Shown here piece after piece: positions 11,721 through 21,872 of a stretch of 64,000 nucleotides of DNA. The stretch is from Actinomycetota bacterium (GTDB taxonomy: Bacteria > Actinomycetota > Thermoleophilia > RBG-16-64-13). Below the pieces are notes generated by a model. That model saw nothing but the letters and a program-made list of their open reading frames with translations. It was not told the DNA's origin and searched no databases. The position numbers were made by a program, and so were the translations under genes. How positions within the stretch are numbered: position 1 is the stretch's first letter; each line of letters opens with the position of its first letter. Where the stretch lies: positions 6,189-70,188 of the forward strand of contig JADQBG010000011.1 of assembly GCA_016278725.1 (NCBI GenBank). The letters are read 5' to 3'.

Positions 11721-14572
11721 CTGGAAAGAACCCGCGGCAAGAACACATACAGCCCCAGCACATCCGCCGGCAACTCGGGGGCCACGGTGGCGGCCTTTCC
11801 CGTCGCCCGGGTCCAGGCCTGACGCACCCGCTCGTGAGAACCCGCCAGGGCCGCCGTCCGCTCCCCGGCCACCTGATCGAGGTGGGGCCGCACCTGATCG
11901 AAGTCGACAAGGATCCGCTCCACCGCGGCCTGCGCCTGGTCTGGGGCGATGTTGCCTGCGGGCGTCGCGGTCAGAAGGCGCGCTACCTCCCCGTCGGCCA
12001 GCCACTCCGCCTCCGACGGCGCGCCCCGGAAGGCAACCGCCCGGCACTCCTCGGCCAGAAGGGCGCCCCGACGACCGAGGGAGTCGGAGATGTGAAATCG
12101 CAACCGCAGGAGCAGGAGCGTGGTGCGCTTCGCGACGTCGCGCGTGCGGACAACCCCGAGACGCTTGGCGACCGCCTCGTCGAGGGCGTCCAGGGCCGAG
12201 TCGGCCACGTGGGTGGCCAGGCCCTCCACCACCGGGTGGGTTCGCGAGAGGTAGAGTTCCCCATCGCCCACCGGAAGCTCGAAGCGTCCCCGGAAACGGG
12301 TCTCATCCAGCAGCCCCATCGCCTCACGCAGGGCGGGTGGCGACTCGGCCAGATCGACGGTCACGGTGCCGTTGCCGGCCACCACGGCTTTGTAGGCTAC
12401 GAGGGAGTCGCGCACGAACGTCTCCACGTCGAAGCCGCTGCCGATCGCGTTGCGCACTTCGGCCAACTCCCCCCTCACCTCGTCCACCTTGATCGACTCC
12501 TGGGCGAACATGGTGCGCGAGCGTTTCTCCCGGTCGGCGGCCGCCTCCCATTGGCGGTGGGCGTCGTCGCGCTTCCTCTCGGCGAGATCCCCGAGATCCA
12601 GCATGAGCTGATCGGGTCGCCGTCCGGCCTGCTCGCGGAGCAGGAGCCCCTCCAGCAGGGCCTCCATCAGCGCCTCGGTATCCACCGGAACGGGCACAGA
12701 CACCCCGGTTCGCTCGCGGATCTTCTTGTGCTTGCGCAGGAGCACGTCGAGCACGATGCCGTCGATCTGGTTATCGGTGCCGAAGTAGGTGAGCACGCGC
12801 ACGGTAGGGTTCTTCTGGCCGTAGCGGTCGACGCGGCCTTCGCGCTGCTCGTGGCGGGTGGGGTTCCAGGAGAGGTCGTAGTGCACCACGGCGTCGAAGT
12901 GCTCCTGCAGGTTGATGCCCTCGCTCAGGCAATCCGTGCAGACAAGCACGCGGCGCTCGTGCTCCCCAAGGGCGGCGACCCGCTCCTCGCGCTCGGCCGG
13001 GGGAAGCGTGCCGGTGACCGAGACCACCTCGACATCCTTGAGGGCCTTGCGCAAAACGCCGGCCACGTAGTCGGCCGTATTGATAAAACGACAGAAGACG
13101 ATGGGGCGGTAACCGTCTTTGAGAAGGTCGGCCACCAGGGTGGTGGCCTTCTTGAGTTTGGCGTCCTTGGCGCCGTGAAGCGCTTCGGCCTCGCGGGCCA
13201 TGTCCAGGAGACGGCGGCGGGCGGAGGCGTCGGCGCTCTGGTCGGCGGTGTCGCCCGCCTCGTCGGCGTCGGCCCCCGGGATGAGGTCGGTGCCCTCGGC
13301 GGTGTCGGCATCCATGAGGTCGAGGACGGTGCGGCGGCCGATCTCGTCGGCTTCCTCGGCCGTGGCCGTGTCGGCGGTGGCGGCGCGGGTGCGCATGGTG
13401 GCGGCCGCGGCGGCCGGGCTCGAAGCCAGGGAACGCAGGAGGGCGAGCGCCGACCACCAGCGGACGCGCTGGCGGCGGCGGTCGGTGGCGGCGTCGGTGA
13501 CCGTCTCGCGGGCGTAGTGCAACACCCGCTCGAAGAGCTTCTTGTATTCGGGGGAAAGCTGGTAGATCTCTTCCCGTTCCTCCCGGTCGGGGAAGGGAGT
13601 GTCCTCGTCGAGGTAGCTGCGGATGTCACCCCGCCGGCGCTGCACGAAGTGGCGGGCCAGGCGCCGGCGATGGACCCTATTCTGCTCGCCGCCGAGTTCC
13701 ATCGGCAGCTGGAGGAAGTCCTTGTCGAGGAACCCCAGGAGCGAGCGGAAGGCCTCTTCTTTGCCGCTGTGGGGGGTGGCCGTCACCAGAATGAGGTGAC
13801 GTGTCGGGTCGGCCGCCAACGCGGCCACCAATCTGTGGCGCTGGATCTGGGTGCTCCGATCGCCGGCGGCGGAGGCGCAGGTGTGGGCCTCGTCGACGAT
13901 CACCAGCTCAGGGCAGGCGTTCTTGAACTCCTCGATATGCCGAGGCGACTTGATGAAGTCGGTCGACACCACCACGAAGGGATGGCGGTCGAAGAGGGAC
14001 TCGCTGATGCCGAGGCCGCGCTCCAGGCGGGCGGCGGTGGAGGCGAGCACCAGCTCGGCGTCGATGTGGAACTTGTCGGCAAGCTCCTTCTGCCACTGCT
14101 CGGCGAGCGCCGGCGGACAGAGCACGGCCAGGCGCTCCACCTCACCCCGGGCGAGGAGTTCCTTCGCGATCAACCCGGCCTCGATGGTCTTGCCGATGCC
14201 CACGTCGTCGGCGATGAGCAGGCGCACCGGGTCGAGCTTTAGGGCCATGAGGAGCGGCACCAATTGGTAGGGCCGGGGCTCCACGCCGATGGCGGCGAAG
14301 GAGCGGAAGGGCCCGGCGCTCGAGCGGAACCCCAGGCGCACGGCGTCGCGCAGGAGCCGGGCCGAGCGGTAGTCGCCGATCTGGGCGGAGTCGCGGGGGT
14401 CGGGCAAGGCAAAGGTGGCGGGCTCCACCGACTCGAGGGCCTGCAGGATGCCGGCGACCTCGTCCTCGGTGCCGCCCAAGGGGCGCAGAACCAGCAGGTC
14501 GCCTTCGGACTCCGGCAACACTACCCACTCGCGCCCGCGGGCGCGCACCAAGGAGCCGACGGCGAAAGTCAT
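11717..14572 (-). CDS. SNF2-family helicase, DISARM DrmD-like
   Basis: IADDVGIGKT, VDEAH, TATPHSG, SEGINLQ, WNPTRHEQREGRVDRYGQ. Start ATG 14572 overlaps the upstream TGA (ATGA). Confidence 0.9.
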   Translation of the reverse strand: MTFAVGSLVRARGREWVVLPESEGDLLVLRPLGGTEDEVAGILQALESVEPATFALPDPRDSAQIGDYRSARLLRDAVRLGFRSSAGPFRSFAAIGVEPRPYQLVPLLMALKLDPVRLLIADDVGIGKTIEAGLIAKELLARGEVERLAVLCPPALAEQWQKELADKFHIDAELVLASTAARLERGLGISESLFDRHPFVVVSTDFIKSPRHIEEFKNACPELVIVDEAHTCASAAGDRSTQIQRHRLVAALAADPTRHLILVTATPHSGKEEAFRSLLGFLDKDFLQLPMELGGEQNRVHRRRLARHFVQRRRGDIRSYLDEDTPFPDREEREEIYQLSPEYKKLFERVLHYARETVTDAATDRRRQRVRWWSALALLRSLASSPAAAAATMRTRAATADTATAEEADEIGRRTVLDLMDADTAEGTDLIPGADADEAGDTADQSADASARRRLLDMAREAEALHGAKDAKLKKATTLVADLLKDGYRPIVFCRFINTADYVAGVLRKALKDVEVVSVTGTLPPAEREERVAALGEHERRVLVCTDCLSEGINLQEHFDAVVHYDLSWNPTRHEQREGRVDRYGQKNPTVRVLTYFGTDNQIDGIVLDVLLRKHKKIRERTGVSVPVPVDTEALMEALLEGLLLREQAGRRPDQLMLDLGDLAERKRDDAHRQWEAAADREKRSRTMFAQESIKVDEVRGELAEVRNAIGSGFDVETFVRDSLVAYKAVVAGNGTVTVDLAESPPALREAMGLLDETRFRGRFELPVGDGELYLSRTHPVVEGLATHVADSALDALDEAVAKRLGVVRTRDVAKRTTLLLLRLRFHISDSLGRRGALLAEECRAVAFRGAPSEAEWLADGEVARLLTATPAGNIAPDQAQAAVERILVDFDQVRPHLDQVAGERTAALAGSHERVRQAWTRATGKAATVAPELPADVLGLYVFLPRVLSS

Positions 14573-17500
14573 GCCCGACCCCCGAACACGTACGGATACC
14601 GATCGATAATCGCCCCCCAGTCGTCTTGATGATGGAAGCGGATCACGGTGAACCCGCCGTCGTCCATGCAGACATCCCGAGCCGCATCCCGCGCCTGGCG
14701 CTCGGGGTAGTCGTGGGGCGGACCGTCGATGTAGACGGCGGCCTGGTAGTCGTCGTAGAAGAAGTCGGGGCGGGTGGAGCAGGCTTCGATCAACCGCTGC
14801 GCCGACGAGGGCAGGCGGAGATCGCAACCCTCCAAGAAGTCGAGCCAACGACGCTCCAGATCCGAGCCCGCCAGGCGCTTGAGTTCGGCCAAGTGCTGGG
14901 CACGAGGTCGTGCACTGCCGGAGACGGCCACCCGCGCCTGCGCGAAGCGCACCATCAGCTCGCGGATCAGTTGACGGTCGAGGAAGCCGTGGTAGCGCTG
15001 GTTCTGGTAGCTGAGCAGACAGTCGTAGCAGGCGGCTTCGCAGTCCTCGGTCGCCCCTAGCGCCCGACGTTGGTCGGCGCCGGTAGTGGGATCGAAGTGG
15101 CAGATCGCGAGGGCTCCCCGGGCCACCTCGGCCACGGCGCCGGGGGAGTCGAGCAGACGCCGGAGCGCCCCCGCTCCCCCCTCCGCGGCCTCATATAGAA
15201 GGATGCGCCGGGGGTCCTTGTCGGAGGGTAGGCTCTCCACTGCCAGTTCGCCGTCCTCCAGTTGGTAGAGGGCTTGGATCGCCCTCTTCAACACCGCCTG
15301 CAACGAGAGCATCACGTCGGCGTCGACAGGCTCCGCCAAGTCGACGATCAGGCAGTTGCGCCGGTCGTCCACGAAGGGGATGACCCGAGTGGTTCTGGCG
15401 GAGAGGGGATCGTCCTCGTCGGCCTCGATCGCGTCCTTGTCGCTCGCCCAGTAGCCCCGTTCGGTGTCCAGCACGAAGCCGAACTGATCCTTGTTCTTGC
15501 GGCGCGCCAAGCCCAGGTTCGCCCGCCAGATGGTGGCCGCGTGGCCATAGGTGAGCGTCGCCAGCACCGCCCCGTCGGACTCCACCGTGGCCTTGTGAAA
15601 CTTGGCCTCTCCCCCGCGCTCGGCGAAACGCATGCCCGTGAGGAGTTCATACCCGTAGCGCATGCGCTCCTCTTCGTCGGAGTTGATGTGGTCGCGGCGC
15701 TTCGTGGAGACGTTCTGCATGCGGAAGAGGTTGGTGTAGGCATGCCCGAGGAGCGTACCGCAGCTCTCGCAGAGGTCGGGGCCGTCGCCCTCGGGGATCT
15801 CGTGCAGGTAGCCGCAGTGGCCGCAGAGCTTGGCCTTGCGGGTGATGACGTCGTCGTCTCCCACCGGGAGAATGGCCTTGTTGATGGTGTAACGGGATCC
15901 CTCGTGATAGACGATGGCCCGGGGACCGAACTCGGAGATAGCCAAGAATCGGGGGCGCGAGAGGAACTCGTCGCGTCGACCTCCCCGGAACCGGCGCCCC
16001 GGGATATAGGCGGAGAGGGGTAGGCGCGGGAAGCTGTAGCCGGGCAGAAAGCCTTCACTCGCGAAATAGCGATAGCTGTAGAAGTCGGACTGCGCCAGGG
16101 TGTCAACCTGGGTGAGCAGGTTCAGCTGTTGTTCGGCCTCAGCGCGCAGGCGCTGGGCCTCGCTCTTTGCCTGAGCGGTCGCGGAAGCGTCCAACTTGAT
16201 CTTCTGTTGCGCAACGGCCTGGGCGTGAGCACTGCGGAAGAGGTCCCGCCAACGCTGACACGCCCGGTCGAACTGCCGCACCACCTGGCCCAGCACCTCG
16301 TCGAGCCAACCCACGGTGTACCAATCGGAGTCCTCGAGTTCGTCGCGGAAGGTAGCCAGGATGGTCTCGGCCCGCGCACGCGCCCGTGCTCGGGCCCCCT
16401 CCGACGAAAGGCCGTCCAGAAGCTGCTCCTTGATCGCCAGGGTCGGCTCTTCCCCCGCCAGGTCAAGCACGTCGACCAGCGACCTCCCAAGTGACTCACC
16501 GGTCTCGGCCAGCCAGACGGCATGCACGTGGGCGCGCACCAGATCCTCGTTGGCCAGATCGATGCGGGGAGGCGCCACGGCGCCCGACACCATGAGGCCC
16601 GGCCGCCGGAAGAAGTACTGGTCGTGAGGACTCCCGGTGGAACAGTAGGTGTAGACCAGGGCGGGTTGACCACTCCGGCCCGCCCGGCCGCTCCGCTGAG
16701 CGTAGTTGGCAGGCGTGGGCGGCACGTTGCGCATGTTCACCACGTTGAGCTCGGCGATGTCCACTCCCAGCTCCATGGTGGGCGAGCAGAAGAGGATGGG
16801 CAGGCGACCCTCCCGGAAGCGGTCCTCCCGCTCCTGACGGTCGCCGCTGGTTACCTGCGCCGTATGCTCGCGGGCCTCGAGGCCCACCAAGGTTTGCGCC
16901 ACCTGCCGATAGAAGTCGACGAAGAAGGAGTTGGGGTGGGCGCCCTCGTCGGGCAAGTTCGGGACCCGGATAGGGTCGTGAGGCACACAGGAGCCGTCCC
17001 CGGCCCGCCAGACAAGCGCAGACGCCGGCACCTGATAGCCGCGGGTGTCGCCGTCGGTGCGGGGCGCCGCCACTTCTTCCACCAGACCGGCCACGCGCAG
17101 GGTCTTCAACAGATCTCGGATCACCGTCTCGGTCTCGGGCACCCTGAGCTTCCCGCCGAAATCGGGGAACGTGGCCGTCCGCCGAAGATAGCGGGCGAAA
17201 CCGCTCCGCGACGAGAGGTAGAGGGCAGAGATGTCGTCGCCTTTGGCCTTCGACCGAGCGAAGAGGGTGGCCGCCCGCTCCCAGGGCTCCTTGTCGTCGA
17301 TGGCCCACGGCGGACAGAGCCGCTGATTGCTCTGCAACCCGAGACGCTCCTGGAACCCGGGTTCCAGGTAGTCCACTTTGATGGCGAGTCCGCGGCGCAT
17401 GAAGTCGAGCAACGCACCGGCTACTTTGGAGCGCGTCTCGGGCGAGGCTGTGACCAACGCAGGGTGCACCCCAGCCCACTCCTCCTCGGCCGCGCAGAGC

Positions 17501-19824
17501 TCTTCCAAAGACTGATAGCCGATCTGCAGAAGGCCGGACTGCTCTAGGTTGGGCAAGGTAATGCGCCATCCACGCTTCAGATCTCTATAGAGGCGGTAGC
17601 CCAGAGCATTACGGAGGGCGGCCTGCGTGTCGTGAAGGGCCGCGAACTTCACCTCGGGGTCCTGCGCGTAGGTCGCGAGGGGCAGCGCGAGGGCGTCGAA
17701 CACCTTGGCCGCCAACTCGTCGTGACGCAATCCGGCCTCCCCGGCAGCCGCCGCTGCTCGGTAGAGAGCCGAACGGAGCAGTCCGACCTCCACGAAGTCG
17801 TTGAAGTGCCCTGCCTGCAGGGAGGCGTCCTGGCGGTTGTCGGTAAAGCTGAGCAGCTTCCGCGCCCGCTCGGCGAGGTCGCTGTCGCGAAGCGTGCGGA
17901 TGGTGGAGAGACCCATGACCGTCGTCGCCGAGCTACGACCTCCGGAGCCCAGCTGCCCCAGCTTGCCGAAGTCGGACCTCACCGTGAACGCGTAGGAGAC
18001 ACCACATGAGAGACAGAAGCGGAAGGTACCGGGAATGAATGCGGCCCCCACCCCGTCGGCGACCTCGCCGCCATCAGGTCCGATATTGATCACCCGTGGG
18101 AGAGACTTGACCCGGTCCTTTCGCAGCTTGGACCCGCCGCCGGCGCCGGCCTCCAGCCAGTCGTCAGGCACACGCGTCAGAACCTCGGCAGCGTCGAGCG
18201 GCCACGGCTTCTCGGTGCTGATGTAGAGGAGCCCCGGCTCCGGCCCGCCGTCAACCGTGTCCACCCCCGCCAGCCGATCGGAGAGTCCGCGCGGCGAGTA
18301 TTCCACTCCGTCCGGGCTCCCCCGCCCCGACGCCACCGCGGCGTAGTACTCCTGACCACACTCCCTACAGAACACCAAGGGAAGGAAGACCCGGCCACGC
18401 TCCCCAGGCACGAACTTCTGCCCCTGCAGCGATATCTCGCGCCGATCTTCGGTCTCCGGTGTGGCGTAGACCGTCTCTCCCCGGCCGACGAACTGATGCA
18501 GCCGGAATGCGAACACTGGGAGGCCGGTGTCGGGGCTAAGACAGCCATACGCACCGAGCAGCAGATTCTCCAGCGCTTCCGCGCAGATCTCCTCGGGGAC
18601 CCCGCTCTCAGCTTCGAGCTTAGCCGCCGCTCCGTTGGCGCCCCGGATGCTGATGGGTTCGGCCCGCACCAACCGCCCCGTCGCCGGATCGGACACGACG
18701 CCGAAAGCGCTCTCTACCCAGGAGGCAAGAGGGTCCTGGACGAACTCCTCGTGGTCCATGGCCGGCGGCCACCCGTTGCGCGCGACCTCTTCGACCCGCG
18801 CGCTGAGCAGGCGCATGAACTCAACGTCACTACCGTCGTGGGGCGGCGTCGCCCGCTGCAGGGTCTCGCCGATCACCCGCTCGGGTGCTACCGAGGCACC
18901 GAAGATCTGCGTGGCCACTTGAGCCACCTCCGCCCGCTGCTCATCCAGCGTGCCGCCACCGGCGAGGGTGGCCGAGGTGCCGACTATCTGCAGGTCGGCG
19001 GCCGCCAGCCGGTCGCGGACGCGCCTCACCAGCAGGGCTACGTCGGACCCCTGCCTGCCTCGATACGTGTGCAGCTCATCGAGCACGAGGAACTTGAGAC
19101 CTTGGGCGGCCTTGATCAGGTTCTTCTCGCGCTCGCGGGTGAGGATGAGCTCCAACATCACGTAGTTCGTCAGGATGATGTCGGGCGGGTTGGCCATAGC
19201 CTCGACCCGGGCCTCGTCGTTCTCCTGCCCGGTATAGCGGGCGAAGGTCACCGGAGCCTTGCGGTCGGGATAGCCCTCGCACAGGAACTTCTCGAGTTCT
19301 CCCAGCTGACTGTTGGCGAGCGCATTCATGGGATAGACCACGATAGCCTGCACGCCGCGCCCCGACCCGCGACGCAGAACATGGTCTACGATGGGGACGA
19401 TGTAGGCGAGGCTCTTGCCCGAGCCGGTCCCGGTGGTCAGGACGTAGTTGGCCCCGGTGCGTGCCGCACGGATGGCGTCGACCTGATGGCGGTGGAAACG
19501 CAGGAGGCGGCCGGCGCCGCCGTTCGGTGTCGCGATGCCGCCGCCGCTTTCGGCACCCGAGGCGCTGGGTTCAGCTCCGCCCTTGCCGACACGGAAGATG
19601 CGCGCACATTCGGGGTGCAGAGTGCCGTCGGCCACCAACTCATCGACCGTTTCAGCGGGTTCGAAGGTGGGGTTGAGCTGTACCAACGGCGCCGGCCAGA
19701 GTAGCCCGCCGTCGATCGCGCCCTCCACCGTTTCGCGGATGCGCTCGTCCTTGATCCGGATGAAACTCTCAACGTACTCCCGGTATTCCTCGACGAGTTG
19801 GTCGCGCAGGTGGAAGACATCCAA
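14569..19824 (-). CDS. DEAD/DEAH-box helicase fused to DUF1998 and a C-terminal Vsr/DUF559-like nuclease domain
   Basis: TGTGSGKS, DELH, SAT, MELGVDI, QRSGRAGR; several CxxC pairs; DUF1998-type EGGAG...CEAACYDCL; C-terminal RPDFFY...YIDGPPH. Likely TTG start at 19824 (track start 19893). Confidence 0.9.
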   Translation of the reverse strand: MDVFHLRDQLVEEYREYVESFIRIKDERIRETVEGAIDGGLLWPAPLVQLNPTFEPAETVDELVADGTLHPECARIFRVGKGGAEPSASGAESGGGIATPNGGAGRLLRFHRHQVDAIRAARTGANYVLTTGTGSGKSLAYIVPIVDHVLRRGSGRGVQAIVVYPMNALANSQLGELEKFLCEGYPDRKAPVTFARYTGQENDEARVEAMANPPDIILTNYVMLELILTREREKNLIKAAQGLKFLVLDELHTYRGRQGSDVALLVRRVRDRLAAADLQIVGTSATLAGGGTLDEQRAEVAQVATQIFGASVAPERVIGETLQRATPPHDGSDVEFMRLLSARVEEVARNGWPPAMDHEEFVQDPLASWVESAFGVVSDPATGRLVRAEPISIRGANGAAAKLEAESGVPEEICAEALENLLLGAYGCLSPDTGLPVFAFRLHQFVGRGETVYATPETEDRREISLQGQKFVPGERGRVFLPLVFCRECGQEYYAAVASGRGSPDGVEYSPRGLSDRLAGVDTVDGGPEPGLLYISTEKPWPLDAAEVLTRVPDDWLEAGAGGGSKLRKDRVKSLPRVINIGPDGGEVADGVGAAFIPGTFRFCLSCGVSYAFTVRSDFGKLGQLGSGGRSSATTVMGLSTIRTLRDSDLAERARKLLSFTDNRQDASLQAGHFNDFVEVGLLRSALYRAAAAAGEAGLRHDELAAKVFDALALPLATYAQDPEVKFAALHDTQAALRNALGYRLYRDLKRGWRITLPNLEQSGLLQIGYQSLEELCAAEEEWAGVHPALVTASPETRSKVAGALLDFMRRGLAIKVDYLEPGFQERLGLQSNQRLCPPWAIDDKEPWERAATLFARSKAKGDDISALYLSSRSGFARYLRRTATFPDFGGKLRVPETETVIRDLLKTLRVAGLVEEVAAPRTDGDTRGYQVPASALVWRAGDGSCVPHDPIRVPNLPDEGAHPNSFFVDFYRQVAQTLVGLEAREHTAQVTSGDRQEREDRFREGRLPILFCSPTMELGVDIAELNVVNMRNVPPTPANYAQRSGRAGRSGQPALVYTYCSTGSPHDQYFFRRPGLMVSGAVAPPRIDLANEDLVRAHVHAVWLAETGESLGRSLVDVLDLAGEEPTLAIKEQLLDGLSSEGARARARARAETILATFRDELEDSDWYTVGWLDEVLGQVVRQFDRACQRWRDLFRSAHAQAVAQQKIKLDASATAQAKSEAQRLRAEAEQQLNLLTQVDTLAQSDFYSYRYFASEGFLPGYSFPRLPLSAYIPGRRFRGGRRDEFLSRPRFLAISEFGPRAIVYHEGSRYTINKAILPVGDDDVITRKAKLCGHCGYLHEIPEGDGPDLCESCGTLLGHAYTNLFRMQNVSTKRRDHINSDEEERMRYGYELLTGMRFAERGGEAKFHKATVESDGAVLATLTYGHAATIWRANLGLARRKNKDQFGFVLDTERGYWASDKDAIEADEDDPLSARTTRVIPFVDDRRNCLIVDLAEPVDADVMLSLQAVLKRAIQALYQLEDGELAVESLPSDKDPRRILLYEAAEGGAGALRRLLDSPGAVAEVARGALAICHFDPTTGADQRRALGATEDCEAACYDCLLSYQNQRYHGFLDRQLIRELMVRFAQARVAVSGSARPRAQHLAELKRLAGSDLERRWLDFLEGCDLRLPSSAQRLIEACSTRPDFFYDDYQAAVYIDGPPHDYPERQARDAARDVCMDDGGFTVIRFHHQDDWGAIIDRYPYVFGGRA

Positions 19825-19924
19825 TGCTGCTATACCCCCTAATGACTCCGCGGGCCGGAGCGAGCGCCCGGTTGGCCAGATGTCCTTAGCCATGGGTGCC
19901 CAGCCATGGGTGCCATCCTATAAC

Positions 19925-20155
19925 TTTGGTCGGACAGAACGGAAATCGAGTGTGGGGAGGACCGCGGACGTCGGGGTTTGGGAACTCAGAGCGCCGGCAC
20001 CCGTTCCTCGTTCCCGATAGGGCGCCGACCGTAATCGATCTGGAGGAGGCCCTCGAGCGCCACGGAGCGCCCACCTCCACGACCGTGGTGTCCGGATCAG
20101 CATGGACGGCCGGCTGAACCCAGGGAAGCTGTCTAACGAAACCCGGCCACCTCTA
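19925..20155 (+). mobile_element. Internally deleted IS3-family remnant
   Basis: Peptide fragments LEEALERHGAP and HDRGVRISMDGR (integrase-core-like, different frames), then the end-like sequence CTGTCTAACGAAACCCGGCCACCTCTA; partial inverted match TTTGGTCGGACAG at 19925-19937. Confidence 0.55.
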
Positions 20156-20235
20156 TCGGGAGGTGCGCTGCCGCCCTCGCCGAGGAACATGAGGGATCTG
20201 GCGGGTTGCCCGGGGGGCCGAGAATGCCTCGGGCG

Positions 20236-20844
20236 CTAGTAGATCAGCACATGGATGTTCGCGTCGGAGAGAACAGGTACTCCCGTGCCGTCGTCCCAAC
20301 GATAGGTCCACACGTTCACGCTTGTGCCACTCACGCTGGCCGTAGCCCAACGGACGGCAGGCGTTCCCCCAATTACAAACAGACCCGTCGGAGAAGTGGT
20401 CGCCTGAACGTATCGGTCGGACAGGTCGAAGCCGAAGTCCAGTCTGTATTGTCCCCCTCCGAGTTTGGTGAAGGTCGGTTCGGTGCCATTCACGTTATTG
20501 AACCAGCGGCCTAAGCTGGTCGAAGCCCCGATGATAAACGGTACATTCACCGTGGCTCCGGCTGCCACCAGTTCGCCGGCATTCCTATGGAGGAAGGTGG
20601 CCATCTGGCCACGCGTCACCGGATTATCCGGCCGATAGGTGCCATCGCCGTAACCGACGGTGATGCCCCTCTCGGCGATCCAGGCGATCCCCTCTGCGTG
20701 CGGGTGACCTGCCGGCACGTCGCTGAAGCTGCTCACCGCGACCGCAGCCACCGGAACGAGAATGAGTATCACTCCCGTCAAGAACAGTGTCAGGCGCAGC
20801 CGGCTCCATCCCCTCGTCTGAGGTAGAAGGCGTCTTGCATTCAT
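20236..20844 (-). CDS. Secreted S-layer homology (SLH) domain protein
   Basis: Signal/TM segment then FSDVPAGHPHAEGIAW...GITVGYGDGTYRPDNPVTRGQMATFL. Confidence 0.85.
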   Translation of the reverse strand: MNARRLLPQTRGWSRLRLTLFLTGVILILVPVAAVAVSSFSDVPAGHPHAEGIAWIAERGITVGYGDGTYRPDNPVTRGQMATFLHRNAGELVAAGATVNVPFIIGASTSLGRWFNNVNGTEPTFTKLGGGQYRLDFGFDLSDRYVQATTSPTGLFVIGGTPAVRWATASVSGTSVNVWTYRWDDGTGVPVLSDANIHVLIY

Positions 20845-21060
20845 GTGTTCCCCCTTTTTGCATCCGAGTCGGTGCTCGGACCACGGTCGGGCGGTCAGAA
20901 GAGACTGGGTGGGAGTTGAAAGGTTCTCGGCCCCCCGAGCACACCACCAGTTCGACGCTAAGCCCGGACCGGGGAAAAGTCAATTGCTTAGCCCAGCGAA
21001 CCACACGCGGCGTGGCGCACCAAAGGCCGGCGGGCTGGGGGAAGCCGCTCCGACCCGGGC

Positions 21061-21094
21061 AAAAAGAAAACCCCGCCATATGCGGGGCTTTTCT
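21061..21094 (-). terminator. Intrinsic terminator after tRNA-Ile
   Basis: CCCCGC/GCGGGG hairpin followed on the minus strand by TTTTCTTTTT. Confidence 0.8.
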
Positions 21095-21095
21095 A

Positions 21096-21169
21096 TGGGC
21101 CCACCAGGACTCGAACCTGGGACCAGCCGATTATGAGTCGGCCGCTCTAACCAACTGAGCTATGGGCCC
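21096..21169 (-). tRNA. tRNA with CAT anticodon, most likely tRNA-Ile2 (lysidine-modified)
   Basis: GGGCCCATAGCTCAGTTGGTTAGAGCGGCCGACTCATAATCGGCTGGTCCCAGGTTCGAGTCCTGGTGGGCCCA; resembles ileX-type tRNAs; CCA not encoded. Confidence 0.9.
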
Positions 21170-21179
21170 GCGAACCTAG

Positions 21180-21872
21180 TCATTTTACCGAATCGCCGGT
21201 CAGGACATAAACGCCGTGCTCGGCCATGAGGTTGGGCCAGAAACCCACGGGACCACGGCGGCCGATGTAGAAGCTTCGCTCGGCCTTCATACCAAGGCCG
21301 GCGATGAAAAGGCGGAAGTCCGCAATCGTAAGACTGTGGATGTTCGGCGTCTCGTACCATTGGTAGGGCAAGGCGGGCGTGACCGGCGCCCGGCCCCGAA
21401 GCAGCAGTTGAGAGCGGGCGCGCCAGTGGCCGAAGTTGGGAAAGCTGACCACCAGGTGCTTCGCCACCCTGAGCGCCTCGCACATCACCAGGGCCGTCGC
21501 CCGCGCCTCCTGCAGAGTCTGGCTGAGGATGACGTAGTCAAACATGCCGTCGGGGTAGTAGGAGAGGCCTTCGTCGATGTCGCCGTGATAGACGGAGAGG
21601 CCTTTGCCCACGGCCTCGTAGACCTTCTCCTCGGCGATCTCCACCCCGGTGCCGCGCACGTTCTTCCGGTCGACCAGGAGCTTGAGCAGCACTCCGCGGC
21701 CACAACCCAGGTCGAGCACCCGGGAGCCCTCCTCGATGGTGTCGACAATGAAGTGGTGATCGTAGCGCACGCCGGCAGGGTCCCGCGCTATGCGGCTGGG
21801 CAGGCCTTCGGCGGGACGGCCCTGCTCGGGGTTCGCCAAGAGTTCACGCAGTTCCCGCCCCGGACGCCTCAC
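21180..21872 (-). CDS. metW: Methionine biosynthesis protein MetW (SAM-binding fold)
   Basis: [37 protein letters not shown]; GTG 21872 overlaps the metX TGA. Confidence 0.9.
   Translation of the reverse strand: MRRPGRELRELLANPEQGRPAEGLPSRIARDPAGVRYDHHFIVDTIEEGSRVLDLGCGRGVLLKLLVDRKNVRGTGVEIAEEKVYEAVGKGLSVYHGDIDEGLSYYPDGMFDYVILSQTLQEARATALVMCEALRVAKHLVVSFPNFGHWRARSQLLLRGRAPVTPALPYQWYETPNIHSLTIADFRLFIAGLGMKAERSFYIGRRGPVGFWPNLMAEHGVYVLTGDSVK

Noticed and set aside
21096-21169. Initiator tRNA-fMet
   Set aside because: Has a paired G1-C72 and lacks the three consecutive G-C anticodon-stem pairs; resembles tRNA-Ile2. Elongator Met is not fully excluded
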